NCBI GenBank assembly: GCA_046595595.1
Contig: JBKJOK010000194.1
Span: 1 to 45,403 of the forward strand
DNA length: 45,403 nucleotides
Direction of reading: 5' to 3'
DNA from: Candidatus Limnocylindrales bacterium
Lineage (GTDB): Bacteria > Chloroflexota > Limnocylindria > Limnocylindrales > CSP1-4
Shown here: piece after piece, positions 32,544 to 42,032 of the stretch
Numbering within the stretch: the first letter of the stretch is position 1
Layout: every line of letters begins with the position of its first letter
The notes under the pieces: model-generated
The model's database searches: none
What the model saw: the letters and a program-made list of their open reading frames with translations, nothing else
What the model was told of the DNA's origin: nothing
Position numbers and translations under genes: made by a program

Positions 32544-33422
32544 TCAGCCCTTCAGGCCGGTCGTGGCGATCCCCTCCGTGATCCAGCGCTGGAAGAGGAT
32601 GAAGATGATCAGGACGGGCAGGACGAGAACGACCGACCCGGCCATCAGCATTCCGTGATCGGCCTGGTACTGGCCGGTCGCGAAGGTGGCGAGGGCCACG
32701 GGCAGCGTGTACATCTCGGGCTCCTGGGCCATGACCAGCGGGTACAGGAAGCTGTTCCAGCTGCCGAGGAACGTCAGGATCCCGAGGGTCGCGAGGACCG
32801 GGGCGGTGATCGGCAGAACGATCCCCCAGAAGATTCGCCACTCGTTTGCGCCGTCGATCCGGGCGGCCTCGAGAAGCTCGTCGGGGATGCCGTACATGAA
32901 CTGGCGGGTGAGGAAGACCCCGAACGGACCCACGAGGAACGGCAGGATCAGGCCCGGGTACGTGTTGACGAGCCCGAGGTTCGCCATCAGGACGAAGTTC
33001 GGGATCAGGGTGATCCCGGCCGGGACCATCAGGGTCGCGAGGACGAGACCCATGACCAGCCCCTTGCCGCGCCACTTGAGCTTGGCCAGAGCGTAGCCCA
33101 GCATCGGGCAGAACAGGACGTTGCCGAGCGTGACGGCGACCGCCACGAGCGACGAGTTGAAGAAGAACCGCGGGAAGTCGAGCTGGTCGAACAGGCGCGT
33201 GAAGTTGTCGGTGGTCGGGTTCTTCGGGAGGAACGTCGGTGGGCTGACGAGGAACTCGGCCTGGGGCTTGAACGCACCGAGAAGCATCCACAGGAACGGA
33301 CCGACCATCAGCAGGATGCCGAAGGTCAGCCCTGCGTAGATCCAGATGCGGCTCGAGCCGCCCTTGGCGGGGACGTCATCGAGCGCTGGGCGCCCGGCGG
33401 ACGGAGCCTGGATGGCGGTCAT
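32544..33422 (-). CDS. Carbohydrate ABC transporter permease (MalG/CUT1 type)
   Basis: 292 aa, about 6 TM. EAA-loop-like DELLEAARIDGANEWRIFWGIVLP. Confidence 0.9.
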   Translation of the reverse strand: MTAIQAPSAGRPALDDVPAKGGSSRIWIYAGLTFGILLMVGPFLWMLLGAFKPQAEFLVSPPTFLPKNPTTDNFTRLFDQLDFPRFFFNSSLVAVAVTLGNVLFCPMLGYALAKLKWRGKGLVMGLVLATLMVPAGITLIPNFVLMANLGLVNTYPGLILPFLVGPFGVFLTRQFMYGIPDELLEAARIDGANEWRIFWGIVLPITAPVLATLGILTFLGSWNSFLYPLVMAQEPEMYTLPVALATFATGQYQADHGMLMAGSVVLVLPVLIIFILFQRWITEGIATTGLKG

Positions 33423-33435
33423 CGGCGGGCCTCCA

Positions 33436-34380
33436 TCACGCGTCTTCCCGGAGGAACCGGAACTGGAGGAAGGCGATCACCGCGACGATCACGAACAGGA
33501 CGTAGGCGATCGCGGACGCGTAGCCCTGCTTGAAGAACTCGAAGCCCTGCTGGTACATGTACATCGTGACCGACAGGGTCGCGTCGAGCGGACCGCCGTC
33601 CGTCATCACGAACGGCTCCTCGAACAGCTGGAGGTAGCCGATGGTCGTGATCACGAGCATGAACAGGATCGTCGGCCGGAGCATTGGCAGGGTCACGTAG
33701 CGGAAGGACTGCCAGCGTCCGGCCCCATCGATCGAGGCCGCTTCGTACAGGACCGCCGGGATCGCCTGGAGCCCGGCGATGAACACGACCATCGCGAATC
33801 CGAGGTTGCGCCAGACGGCCATCGCGATGATCGAGGGCATCGCCAGGGCCGGATTGGCGAGCCAGTTGGGTCCGGAGATGCCAATAGCGCCAAGGATGGA
33901 ATTGATCAAACCCACGTCGGGGTTCAGGAGGAACCGCCAGACGACGGCGATCGCCACGATGCTCGTGATGACCGGCAAGTAGTACCCGACCCGGAACACG
34001 GTCCGGAAGCGGGTGATGCCGCGACTCAGGGCGCTCGCGATCAGGAGCCCGATTCCGAGCGTGAGCGGCACGCCGATCGCGACGAAGTAGAACGTGTTGC
34101 CGAGGGCTTTCCAGAACTTGTTGTCCGACAGGAGCGCGCCGTAGTTGTCGGCGCCGACGAACGTTGCCCCGATCGGGTTCTGGAGGTCACGCAGTCCGAA
34201 GCTGGTGAAGCTCAGGACGAACGAGATCAGGATCGGGAGCGCCATGAAGACGCCGAACAGGATCACGAACGGGGCGGCGAACGCCCACCCCGTCAGATCC
34301 TGTTGCCAGCCCCGGCGGGTCGAGACCGGGCGCGTCGCCTGGTCCGCGACATTCCGCCGGGAGAGTGCTGGTGCAGTCAC
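33436..34380 (-). CDS. Carbohydrate ABC transporter permease (MalF/CUT1 type)
   Basis: 314 aa, GTG start 1 nt after the binding-protein stop. EAASIDGAGRWQSFRYVTLPMLRP is the EAA loop. Confidence 0.9.
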   Translation of the reverse strand: MTAPALSRRNVADQATRPVSTRRGWQQDLTGWAFAAPFVILFGVFMALPILISFVLSFTSFGLRDLQNPIGATFVGADNYGALLSDNKFWKALGNTFYFVAIGVPLTLGIGLLIASALSRGITRFRTVFRVGYYLPVITSIVAIAVVWRFLLNPDVGLINSILGAIGISGPNWLANPALAMPSIIAMAVWRNLGFAMVVFIAGLQAIPAVLYEAASIDGAGRWQSFRYVTLPMLRPTILFMLVITTIGYLQLFEEPFVMTDGGPLDATLSVTMYMYQQGFEFFKQGYASAIAYVLFVIVAVIAFLQFRFLREDA

Positions 34381-34381
34381 G

Positions 34382-35680
34382 TCAGCTGGTTCCGAGGGTC
34401 CCGGCGGCCTGCTGCATCTGGTCGGCGGCGGCCTGCGGATCGAGGCCGCCGGTCGTCATCTTCTCGAGGGTGTCGTTGATCGCCGACGAGACCTCGCTCC
34501 ATGACGCGCTGGCCGGCTGGGCCTTCGTGTCCTTGAGCTGCTCACCGAACATCTTCACGTTCGGGTCGGCGGCGACGGCCGGATCGTCCCACGCGGCCTT
34601 GACGGCCGGCAGGTCGGTCACGGTCGCGTACCAGAGCGCCTGGGTCTTCGGATCCGACAGGAACTTCACGAACGCCCATGCGGCGTCCTTGTTCTTCGAG
34701 GCCTTGTAGACGACGACGTTGCTGCCGCCGACGAACGAGGTCGCGGACGCCTTCTTCGGCATCTGGGCGATCGCCCACTTGTCGGTGAAGTCGGCGCCGC
34801 CGGCCTCCTTGATCAGGCTGAGATGCCAGGGGCCGGAGAAGAACATCGGGTAGTCGCCCGTGACGAAGGCCGGCGTGATGTCGAAACCCTCGGGGACGGA
34901 CTTGGGCGTCAGGCCCTCGGTGAAGAACGAGTTGTAGAAGGTCAGGGCCTCGACGGCTTGCGGGCTGTTGAGGACCGGCTTGCCGGCATCGTCTACGACG
35001 TTGCCGCCGTTCGACCACAGGAACGGGAAGTACTCCTGCCAGTTCTTCGTGCCGAGCGAGATGCCGTACTTGGCGCCGCCCTTGTCCTGCATCGCCTTGG
35101 CCATCGTCTTCAGGTCGTCCCACGTCGCGGGCGGCGCGGTGATCCCGGCCTTCGCCGCGATGTCCTTGCGGTAATAGAGGAGCCGGGTCTCGACATACCA
35201 CGGCACGCCGACGACGGCGCCGTCGACGATGTTCGTGTTCCAGGCGCTCTCGAAGTAGGCGCTCTTGTCGATGTCGGCCGGGACCGTCTCGAAGGCGCCC
35301 GTGGCGCCGAACTGGCCCATCATGTCGGTGCCCATCTGGCTCACGTCAGGAGTCGTTCCGCCCGCGATCGCGGTCTGGAGCTTGGCCACGGCCTGGCCCC
35401 AGTCGACCGGGGTGACGCTGACCTTGACGTCCGGGTTGTCCTTCATGAACGCGTCGGCAAGGGTCTTGAGCTTGGTGCCCTCGTTGCCCATCGCCCAGAC
35501 CGTCAGATCGCCAGTGACCGGGCCGCTGCTCGCGGCGGTGCCGCCACTTGCGCCGGCGGCTTGCGAGCCGGCGGCCTGGGAGCCCGGCGCGCTGGTGCCG
35601 TTGTTCGTGCCACAGGCCGCGAGGCCGATGGTCAAGACGAGTGCGGCGCATAGCTTCGCCGCGTTGGATGCGTGTCGCAT
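34382..35680 (-). CDS. Extracellular sugar-binding lipoprotein of a CUT1 ABC transporter
   Basis: 432 aa. Lipobox LTIGLAAC|GT, then a Ser/Ala/Gly linker. LTVWAMGNEGTKLKTLADAFMKDNPDVKVSVTPVDW is typical of SBP_bac_1. GGAGGA lies 7 nt upstream. Confidence 0.9.
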   Translation of the reverse strand: MRHASNAAKLCAALVLTIGLAACGTNNGTSAPGSQAAGSQAAGASGGTAASSGPVTGDLTVWAMGNEGTKLKTLADAFMKDNPDVKVSVTPVDWGQAVAKLQTAIAGGTTPDVSQMGTDMMGQFGATGAFETVPADIDKSAYFESAWNTNIVDGAVVGVPWYVETRLLYYRKDIAAKAGITAPPATWDDLKTMAKAMQDKGGAKYGISLGTKNWQEYFPFLWSNGGNVVDDAGKPVLNSPQAVEALTFYNSFFTEGLTPKSVPEGFDITPAFVTGDYPMFFSGPWHLSLIKEAGGADFTDKWAIAQMPKKASATSFVGGSNVVVYKASKNKDAAWAFVKFLSDPKTQALWYATVTDLPAVKAAWDDPAVAADPNVKMFGEQLKDTKAQPASASWSEVSSAINDTLEKMTTGGLDPQAAADQMQQAAGTLGTS

Positions 35681-35794
35681 CGGATTCCTCCACCGGCAGG
35701 AGGCCGCGAAACCGCAGCCTCGCCGATCGCCAGCGTCCGCGCCGGTGCGGGCCGGGCGTTCGGGCGATCGGAGCCGAACGGTTGCAGTCCTGTG

Positions 35795-36031
35795 TCAGAC
35801 CGGTGGCGTTCCGGTATCGCCACCCGGCTCCGGCGTCCCTGCCAGCCGGGACCGGCGCGCCAGGTGGCGCTGCCAGATCGTCGAGCCGGCGATCGCGGCC
35901 CCGACGAGGGCGCCGAGGGCCAGGCCGCGGGCGAAGGTCATCGCCCGCTCATCGCCGTCCGGGCCGGATCCACCGGCGACCGCCCGGATCAGGGCCTCGA
36001 CGGGGGCAGGAACGCGTGCATCGTCACTCAT
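35795..36031 (-). CDS. Hypothetical 78-aa protein with one hydrophobic helix
   Basis: MTFARGLALGALVGAAIAGSTIW core. Last gene of the iscS-mnmA string. Weak RBS. Confidence 0.45.
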   Translation of the reverse strand: MSDDARVPAPVEALIRAVAGGSGPDGDERAMTFARGLALGALVGAAIAGSTIWQRHLARRSRLAGTPEPGGDTGTPPV

Positions 36032-36047
36032 CGGCCGGTCATCCCGC

Positions 36048-36332
36048 TCACGAGCCGGCCTTCGCCCGGCGCGTCGGGCCGAGGATCGCGACGAGCGCGA
36101 CCAGGCCGATCCCGACCCAGGCGAGGAGCGAGGCCGTCACCAGCCGGAAGTCGCCGATCCGGACCAGGTCAAGCCCGAGCCGACCGCCGAGCTCGTCGCC
36201 GGCCCACGCCCCGAGCGCGGCGGCCCCGACGAGGAGCGGCAGCTGACCGCCGGCCGAGCCGCGGATCAGCACGAAGAGGGCGGTGTGGAAGACGCCGACG
36301 AGGATCGCGAGGACGATGGCCGGCCCGATCAT
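36048..36332 (-). CDS. Hypothetical 94-aa integral membrane protein (about 3 TM)
   Basis: ATG overlaps the mnmA stop (ATGA at 36329-36332). Hydrophobic throughout. Confidence 0.6.
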   Translation of the reverse strand: MIGPAIVLAILVGVFHTALFVLIRGSAGGQLPLLVGAAALGAWAGDELGGRLGLDLVRIGDFRLVTASLLAWVGIGLVALVAILGPTRRAKAGS

Positions 36333-37507
36333 CCGACGCTGACGCGCTCACGGGCCGAGGACGAGGACTCGGCCGGCGCGACGCCGACCCGCCCGGTCGG
36401 TGCAACGGCCGGCTCGATCCGCCCGCCGCCGAGGACCACCCCGTCGGCGTACAGCACGGCCGCCTGACCGGGAGCCGCGGCCCAGACCGGCTCGTCCGTC
36501 TCGACGATCCAGTTCCCGCCCCGGGCCGGTTCGCTCGGCGTGGCCGGACGAACGGTGGCCTCGATCGGCCTCGCGCGATGGCGGATCCGGACCGCAGCCC
36601 GGAACGACCCATCCGGGCCGGCGGGTGGCGCGCCGGCCACGAACGACACGCCGCTCAGCGCCACGATTTGCGTCTCGAGGTCCTCGCGCCGACCGAGCTG
36701 GATGGTGTTCGAGCGTGGATCGATCCGGCTGACATAACGCGGTGCGTCGGCGGCGATCCCGATCCCCCGCCGCTGGCCGACCGTGAACCCGGCCGATCCG
36801 CCGTGCTCCCCGATCGTGGCACCGTCGGCATCGAGGATCGCGCCCGGCTGCGGGTCCCAGCCCGCCCGCTCGCGGAGGGCGTCGCGATAGTCGCCGCCGG
36901 GTACGAAGCAGATCTCCTGGCTCTCGGGCTTGTCGGCGGTCGCGAGGCCGAGCTCGCGGGCGACCGCACGGACCTCGGGCTTGGTCAGGTCCCCGAGCGG
37001 GAAGCGGGCGTGCTCGAGCTGGTCCTGGCGCAGGCCGTACAGGAAGTAGGTCTGGTCCTTATCCTCGTCGCGGGCCCGAAGCAGGCGCGCCCGTCCGTCG
37101 GGGCCGATGTCGCGCCGAGCGTAGTGGCCGGTGGCGACCGCCTCGCAGTCGTACAGGTGGCGGGCCCGGCCGAGGAGCGCCCCGAACTTCACGTACGTGT
37201 TGCAGTCGACGCATGGGCTCGGCGTCCGGCCGTCGAGGTAGGCGTCGAGGAACGGCCGGAGGACGCCGGCATCGAACTCGCGCTCCAGGTTCATCACGTA
37301 GAACGGGATCCCGAGCTGGCCCGCGACCCGTCGGGCGTCGTCGGCCGCGTCGAGCGAGCAGCAGCTCTTCTTGAACTCGGAATAGCTGTCGGCGACGTCG
37401 TGGAGGCGCATCCAGACCCCGACCACGTCGTGGCCCTGGCCGTGGAGGAGCGCCGCGGCGACCGATGAATCCACCCCGCCGGACATCGCGACGAGGATCC
37501 GGCTCAT
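36329..37507 (-). CDS. mnmA: tRNA 2-thiouridine(34) synthase MnmA
   Basis: ORF trimmed to ATG 37507, which overlaps the iscS stop (ATGA). [18 protein letters not shown] (PP-loop), [19 protein letters not shown] and DKDQTYFLY. Confidence 0.93.
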   Translation of the reverse strand: MSRILVAMSGGVDSSVAAALLHGQGHDVVGVWMRLHDVADSYSEFKKSCCSLDAADDARRVAGQLGIPFYVMNLEREFDAGVLRPFLDAYLDGRTPSPCVDCNTYVKFGALLGRARHLYDCEAVATGHYARRDIGPDGRARLLRARDEDKDQTYFLYGLRQDQLEHARFPLGDLTKPEVRAVARELGLATADKPESQEICFVPGGDYRDALRERAGWDPQPGAILDADGATIGEHGGSAGFTVGQRRGIGIAADAPRYVSRIDPRSNTIQLGRREDLETQIVALSGVSFVAGAPPAGPDGSFRAAVRIRHRARPIEATVRPATPSEPARGGNWIVETDEPVWAAAPGQAAVLYADGVVLGGGRIEPAVAPTGRVGVAPAESSSSARERVSVG

Positions 37508-38688
37508 GCGCTGATCCCCTGCCCCAGCGGATCGGCCGCGACCGCGACCTGGCCCGTCCGCAGGGCGGCGACCACCCGCGGCACGATCGCGACCGCTTCG
37601 TCGATCTCCGCATCGGTCGTCGAGCGGCCGAGGGACAGGCGGAGCGCGCCGCGGGCCTCCTCGTCGGGATAGCCCATCGCGGTCAGGACGTGGGAGACCT
37701 CGGTCGAGCCGGTCGTGCACGCCGAGCCGACCGACGCGGCAATCCCCTCGAGGTCGAGCCCGACGGTGATCGAGGCGCCGTCGGCATCGCGGACGATCAG
37801 CGACAGGTGGCCAGGCAGGCGCTCCTTCGGGTGACCGGTCAGCTCCGTGCCGTCGACCGCGAGGACGGCCTTCTGGAGGCGCTCGCGCAGGCGCCGCAGG
37901 CGGCGAGCGGTCTCGGGTCGCTCGGCACGCGCCAGCTCGAACGCAGTGGCCATGCCGACCACGCCGGCCACGTTCTCGGTCCCGCCCCGCCGGTGACGCT
38001 CTTGCGAGCCGCCCTGCTGCTGGACGACGATGTGGGTGCCGTGCCGGAGGTAGAGGGCGCCGACGCCCTTGGGGCCCTCGAACTTGTGGGCACTCACCGC
38101 CAGCATGTCGATTCCGAGCGCCTCGACGTCGAGGTCAAGGTGGGGCGCGGCCTGGACGGCATCGACCGCGAACAGGATGCCGCGCCGCGCCCGGACCCGG
38201 CGGGCGATCTCGGCGATCGGCTGGATCGTGCCGACCTCGTTGTTGGCGAGCATGATCGCGACGAGGATCGTCCGGTCGGTCAGGGCGGCCTCGACATGGT
38301 CGGGATCCACCCGGCCGTAGCGATCGACGGGCAGCTCGACCACTTCGAAGCCGAACTTCTCGAGGTAGCGCAGGGTGTGGCCGACGGCGTGGTGCTCGAC
38401 GGCCGAGGTCACGATCCGGTGGCCGCGCGCCTTGCCGGCCCAGGCCGCGCCCTTCAGGCCCAGGTTCAGCGCCTCGGTGCCGCCCGACGTGAACACGATC
38501 TCGCGGGCCTCGGCGCCGATCTGCTTGGCGACGCGCTCGTGGGCATCATCGAGGGCCGCCCGGGCGCGCCGGCCAAAGCCGTGGCTCGAGCTCGGGTTGC
38601 CGAAGTCCTCGGTCAGGAACGGGAGCATCGCGTCGAGGACCTCGCGCCGGAGGGGCGTGGTCGCCGCGTGATCGAGGTAGATCGCCAT
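37504..38688 (-). CDS. iscS: Cysteine desulfurase (class V aminotransferase, IscS/NifS-like)
   Basis: 394 aa. [37 protein letters not shown] (PLP lysine) and GSACTTGS (active-site Cys loop). The pairing with mnmA is conserved. Confidence 0.92.
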   Translation of the reverse strand: MAIYLDHAATTPLRREVLDAMLPFLTEDFGNPSSSHGFGRRARAALDDAHERVAKQIGAEAREIVFTSGGTEALNLGLKGAAWAGKARGHRIVTSAVEHHAVGHTLRYLEKFGFEVVELPVDRYGRVDPDHVEAALTDRTILVAIMLANNEVGTIQPIAEIARRVRARRGILFAVDAVQAAPHLDLDVEALGIDMLAVSAHKFEGPKGVGALYLRHGTHIVVQQQGGSQERHRRGGTENVAGVVGMATAFELARAERPETARRLRRLRERLQKAVLAVDGTELTGHPKERLPGHLSLIVRDADGASITVGLDLEGIAASVGSACTTGSTEVSHVLTAMGYPDEEARGALRLSLGRSTTDAEIDEAVAIVPRVVAALRTGQVAVAADPLGQGISA

Positions 38689-38696
38689 CGGTCGGG

Positions 38697-38702
38697 ATTG
38701 TA
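38697..38702 (-). promoter_or_regulatory. Candidate -10 box TACAAT only 8 nt upstream of the iscS ATG, implying a leaderless or near-leaderless mRNA
   Basis: The reverse complement of 38689..38702 reads TACAATCCCGACCG and is followed directly by the ATG (38688). There is no room for an RBS. Confidence 0.35.
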
Positions 38703-38845
38703 CGCCGCGGGCCTCGCCCGGCCTCTACCCGGCCACCACCCGCCAGGCCGACTGACACCCGCCCGCAAGCCTGCGCGGTCGGCCACCCGGGTCGCGGCAA
38801 CGCGCCGCCGGGCAGGCTGGGACTCCACACGATGGAGGAGTTCCC

Positions 38846-39139
38846 ATGCAGACCCCCGAGATCGTCCCGAACCCGGAGACGATGTCCCAGCCGATGGACA
38901 CCAGCACCGATGAGCTCGACGGCCACGACGGCCACGACGGCGATTGGATCGATTCGCCGGTGGACGACCTGACCTACGACCTGCTGATGGCCCTGGCCTC
39001 GAAGCTCGAGGCGATCGACACGTACCAGGTCTATGCCGAGGACGGCGAACGCGAGCTCTGGCGCGAGCTGGCGACCGACGAGCGGCGCCATGCCGAGCGC
39101 CTGTTCAACGAGCTGAAGCAGCGCTTCGCGGCTTCCTGA
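38846..39139 (+). CDS. Hypothetical acidic 97-aa protein
   Basis: GGAGGAG lies 7 nt upstream of the ATG. DGHDGHDGD repeat. Helical C-terminal half (DDLTYDLLMALASKLEAIDTYQVYAEDGERELWRELATDERRHAERLFNELKQRF). No family recognised. Confidence 0.65.
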   Translation: MQTPEIVPNPETMSQPMDTSTDELDGHDGHDGDWIDSPVDDLTYDLLMALASKLEAIDTYQVYAEDGERELWRELATDERRHAERLFNELKQRFAAS

Positions 39140-39183
39140 CCACCGCTCGGGCGGCCTGCGTGGCGCTGTGATCCGTCCCGAGG

Positions 39184-39279
39184 ATCAGATTCGCACGAGC
39201 GAGCGTGGCCGAAGTTCCCAGACGGCGCCGGGGGGTCAACACGGGAGATTTGGCCACGCTCGTTCGGCTCGGATTGATG
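39184..39279. repeat. MITE-like element: two inverted copies of the dispersed motif around a ~41-nt core
   Basis: Left arm GATCAGATTCGCACGAGCGAGCGTGGCC (39184-39210). The reverse complement of the right arm reads CATCAATCCGAGCCGAACGAGCGTGGCC (39252-39279). The inner 10 bp GAGCGTGGCC/GGCCACGCTC pair perfectly. It lies between two convergent gene ends. Confidence 0.65.
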
Positions 39280-39307
39280 CCGAGACGACATCAGCGGGAC
39301 GCGCGGA

Positions 39308-41248
39308 TCAGCTGGCTGAGGCCTCGCGCTCGACCGAGCGCCGGAGGTCCTCGGCCTTGCCCTTCTCGCGTCGTCGGTCGTGCTCCGACAGCGCCCGCTT
39401 GCGGAGTCGGATCGAGAGCGGCGTGATCTCGACGAGCTCGTCATTGGCGATGAACTCGATCGCCGACTCGAGGGTGAGCGGGCGGGCCGGTGTCAGGCGG
39501 AGCGACTCGTCATGGGAGTGGGTCCGGATGTTGTTGAGCTGCTTGGTCTTGGTCGCGTTCACGTTCATGTCGCCGGAGCGGGCGCACTCGCCGATGACCA
39601 TGCCCTCGTAGACCTCGACCCCGGCGCCGATGAACAGCTCCCCTCGGTCCTCGAGGTTGAACAGGCCGTACGCATTTGAGGTGCCGCTCCGGTCGGCGAT
39701 CAGGACGCCGTTGGTGCGGTGGGTGACCTCGCCGGCCCACGGCCCGTAGCCCTCGCCGATCTGGTGAAGCAGCGCCGTGCCGCGGGTGTCGGTCAGGAGC
39801 TGGCCGCGATAGCCGATCAGGCCCCGGACCGGCAGGACGAACTCCATCCGGACGCGGCCGTCAGCGTCGGTCGTCATCTGCTCGAGGCGGCCCTTGCGGG
39901 CGGCGAGCGCCTCCTGGACCGGGCCGATGTAGTCGGGCGGGATGTCGATCGTGACCCGCTCGTACGGCTCCTGGACCTCGCCGCCGACGGTCCGGAGGAG
40001 GACCTCGGGGCGGGATGCGGTGATCTCGAAGCCCTCGCGCCGCATCTGCTCGAGCAGGACGGCCAGCTGGAGCTCGCCCCGGCCGCGGACCTCGTATGTG
40101 TCGCCGCTGTCGGTCGGCAGGACCTCGATCGAGACGTTGCCGAGGGTCTCCTTGTCGAGCCTGGCCTTGATCTGGCGCGACGTGACGTACTTGCCCTCGC
40201 GGCCGGACAGCGGCGAGGTGTTCACCCCGAACGTCATCGACAGGGTCGGCGCGTCAACGTCGAGCCGGGGCAGCGGCCGTGGGTCGCCCGGGTCGGTGAT
40301 CGTGTCGCCGATCGTGACCTCGGGCAGGCCGGCGACCGACACGATGTCGCCCGGGCCTGCTTCGGTGATATCGACCCGGTCGATGCCCTTGGCGGTCTGG
40401 AGCGAGGTCACCGTGCCCGAGATCGTCACGATCCGGCCGGGCTCGACGGTGCCGGCGGTGTCGTCCGCCTCTTCGCGCAGGACGGTGATCCGTTGGCCGG
40501 TCCGGATCCGGCCGTTCCAGATCCGCCCGACCGCCATCCGCCCGACGTAGTCGTTGGCCGACAGGTTCGTGACGAGGAGCTGGAGCGGGTGGCCTTCGTC
40601 GTAGGTCGGGGGCGGGGTGACCGCGACGAGGACATCGAGGAGCGGCCGGAGGTCCGTGCCCGGCTCGTCGAGGTTGCGGGTCGCCGTCCCGAGCTTGGCG
40701 TTCGTGTAGATGACCGGGAACTCGATCTGGTGGGCGTCGGCCCCGAGGTCGATGAACAGCTCGTAGATCTCGTCGAGGACCTCGGCCGGACGGGCGTCGG
40801 AGCGATCGATCTTGTTGACCGCAACGACGACGGGTAGGTGGCGGGCCATCGCCTTCTGGAGTACGTAGCGGGTCTGGGGCAGCGGACCCTCGGCGGCGTC
40901 GACGAGGAGCAGCACCGAATCGACCATCAGGAGCGAGCGCTCGACCTCGCCGCCGAAGTCGGCGTGACCGGGCGTGTCGACGATGTTCAAGCGCGTTCCG
41001 TCGTGGTCGACCGTCGTCTGCTTGGCGAGGATCGTGATCCCCTTCTCGCGCTCGAGGTCGCCGGAGTCCATGACCCGATCGACGACCGCTTCGTTCGAGC
41101 GGAACGTGCCGGTCTGGCGGAGCATCGCGTCGACGAGGGTCGTCTTGCCGTGGTCGACATGGGCGACGATCGCGACGTTGCGCAGGTCGGCTCGGGTCGA
41201 TCGAACGGCGGCGGGAGCGGGGGCGGCGGTGGTGGCGTCGAGGGGCAC
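39308..41248 (-). CDS. typA: Translational GTPase TypA/BipA
   Basis: ORF 39308..41692 trimmed to GTG 41248 (in frame, AGGAG 13 nt upstream). [32 protein letters not shown] and NKIDR (G1, G3, G4 motifs). EF-G-like domains and the BipA C-terminal domain. Confidence 0.93.
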   Translation of the reverse strand: MPLDATTAAPAPAAVRSTRADLRNVAIVAHVDHGKTTLVDAMLRQTGTFRSNEAVVDRVMDSGDLEREKGITILAKQTTVDHDGTRLNIVDTPGHADFGGEVERSLLMVDSVLLLVDAAEGPLPQTRYVLQKAMARHLPVVVAVNKIDRSDARPAEVLDEIYELFIDLGADAHQIEFPVIYTNAKLGTATRNLDEPGTDLRPLLDVLVAVTPPPTYDEGHPLQLLVTNLSANDYVGRMAVGRIWNGRIRTGQRITVLREEADDTAGTVEPGRIVTISGTVTSLQTAKGIDRVDITEAGPGDIVSVAGLPEVTIGDTITDPGDPRPLPRLDVDAPTLSMTFGVNTSPLSGREGKYVTSRQIKARLDKETLGNVSIEVLPTDSGDTYEVRGRGELQLAVLLEQMRREGFEITASRPEVLLRTVGGEVQEPYERVTIDIPPDYIGPVQEALAARKGRLEQMTTDADGRVRMEFVLPVRGLIGYRGQLLTDTRGTALLHQIGEGYGPWAGEVTHRTNGVLIADRSGTSNAYGLFNLEDRGELFIGAGVEVYEGMVIGECARSGDMNVNATKTKQLNNIRTHSHDESLRLTPARPLTLESAIEFIANDELVEITPLSIRLRKRALSEHDRRREKGKAEDLRRSVEREASAS

Positions 41249-41315
41249 GGTCGGGTGAAGCTCCTGAGGATGGGGCCGCCCATTCTCGCACGAATGACGC
41301 GCTAGACTCGCCGAC

Positions 41316-42032
41316 GTGACTGTCGCCGCCGTGATTCTTGCCGCATCGCCCGAGTCCGCCCTAGCCGACGCGGACGGATCGCCGGGCGTCCGGCGGATCG
41401 CCGACGCCGCCTGGGCGGGTGGTGCGACGCCGATCGTCGTCGTCTCATTCGATCCCGACGGAGCAGTCGCGACGGCCCTCGCCGGCGCCCCGGTGACGCT
41501 TGCCGAGCCGGCCCCGCCCGAGCATGGGCCTCGCGGCCAGATGGCTCGCGGCGCCGATGTCGCGCGAGACGAGATCGACGACACCGACGCGGTCCTGCTC
41601 TGGCCCGCCCGGATGGCCTGGGTCGGGCCCGAGACGGTCACCTCGCTGATCGAACTCCACGGCGTCGCCCCGGACGCGCTTCTCCGACCCACCTGGGACG
41701 GCGAGCCCGGCTGGCCGGTCCTCCTGCCCGTCAGCGCGCTCGAGGCCCTCCGCGCCGTGGCCGCCGACCGGATGCCGCCCGACGTCCTCCTCGACCTGAT
41801 CGCCGCCGGTGTCCCGGATCGCCTCGTGGCCCTGGGCGATCCGGGCGTTACGTTCGACGTCGGGACCGCGCGAGCCGACCTGCCTCCGTATATCGGACCG
41901 GAGGAGCCGGCTGCCGGCCACGTCCACGAGTGGGGCGCTGCCCAGGCCGATGCCAGCGACGACGGCCCGCTCGAGGGCCCGGCCCTCGCCCCGTACGGCC
42001 AGGCCGCGGGCGAAGGCTCCTCCGACGACTGA
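41316..42032 (+). CDS. MobA-like nucleotidyltransferase (NTP_transf_3 family)
   Basis: 238 aa, GTG start. AAVILAASPES, TPIVVVS and AVLLWPARMAWVGPETVTSLIE resemble molybdenum-cofactor cytidylyl/guanylyltransferase-like proteins. Acidic tail. Confidence 0.65.
   Translation: MTVAAVILAASPESALADADGSPGVRRIADAAWAGGATPIVVVSFDPDGAVATALAGAPVTLAEPAPPEHGPRGQMARGADVARDEIDDTDAVLLWPARMAWVGPETVTSLIELHGVAPDALLRPTWDGEPGWPVLLPVSALEALRAVAADRMPPDVLLDLIAAGVPDRLVALGDPGVTFDVGTARADLPPYIGPEEPAAGHVHEWGAAQADASDDGPLEGPALAPYGQAAGEGSSDD

Noticed and set aside
41809-41949. ATG 41809 as the start of the alpha/beta hydrolase
   Set aside because: It would overlap the nucleotidyltransferase gene by more than 220 nt and add an Arg/Pro/Ser-rich junk N-terminus. 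A later start (41950 or 42142) is more plausible but remains unresolved.
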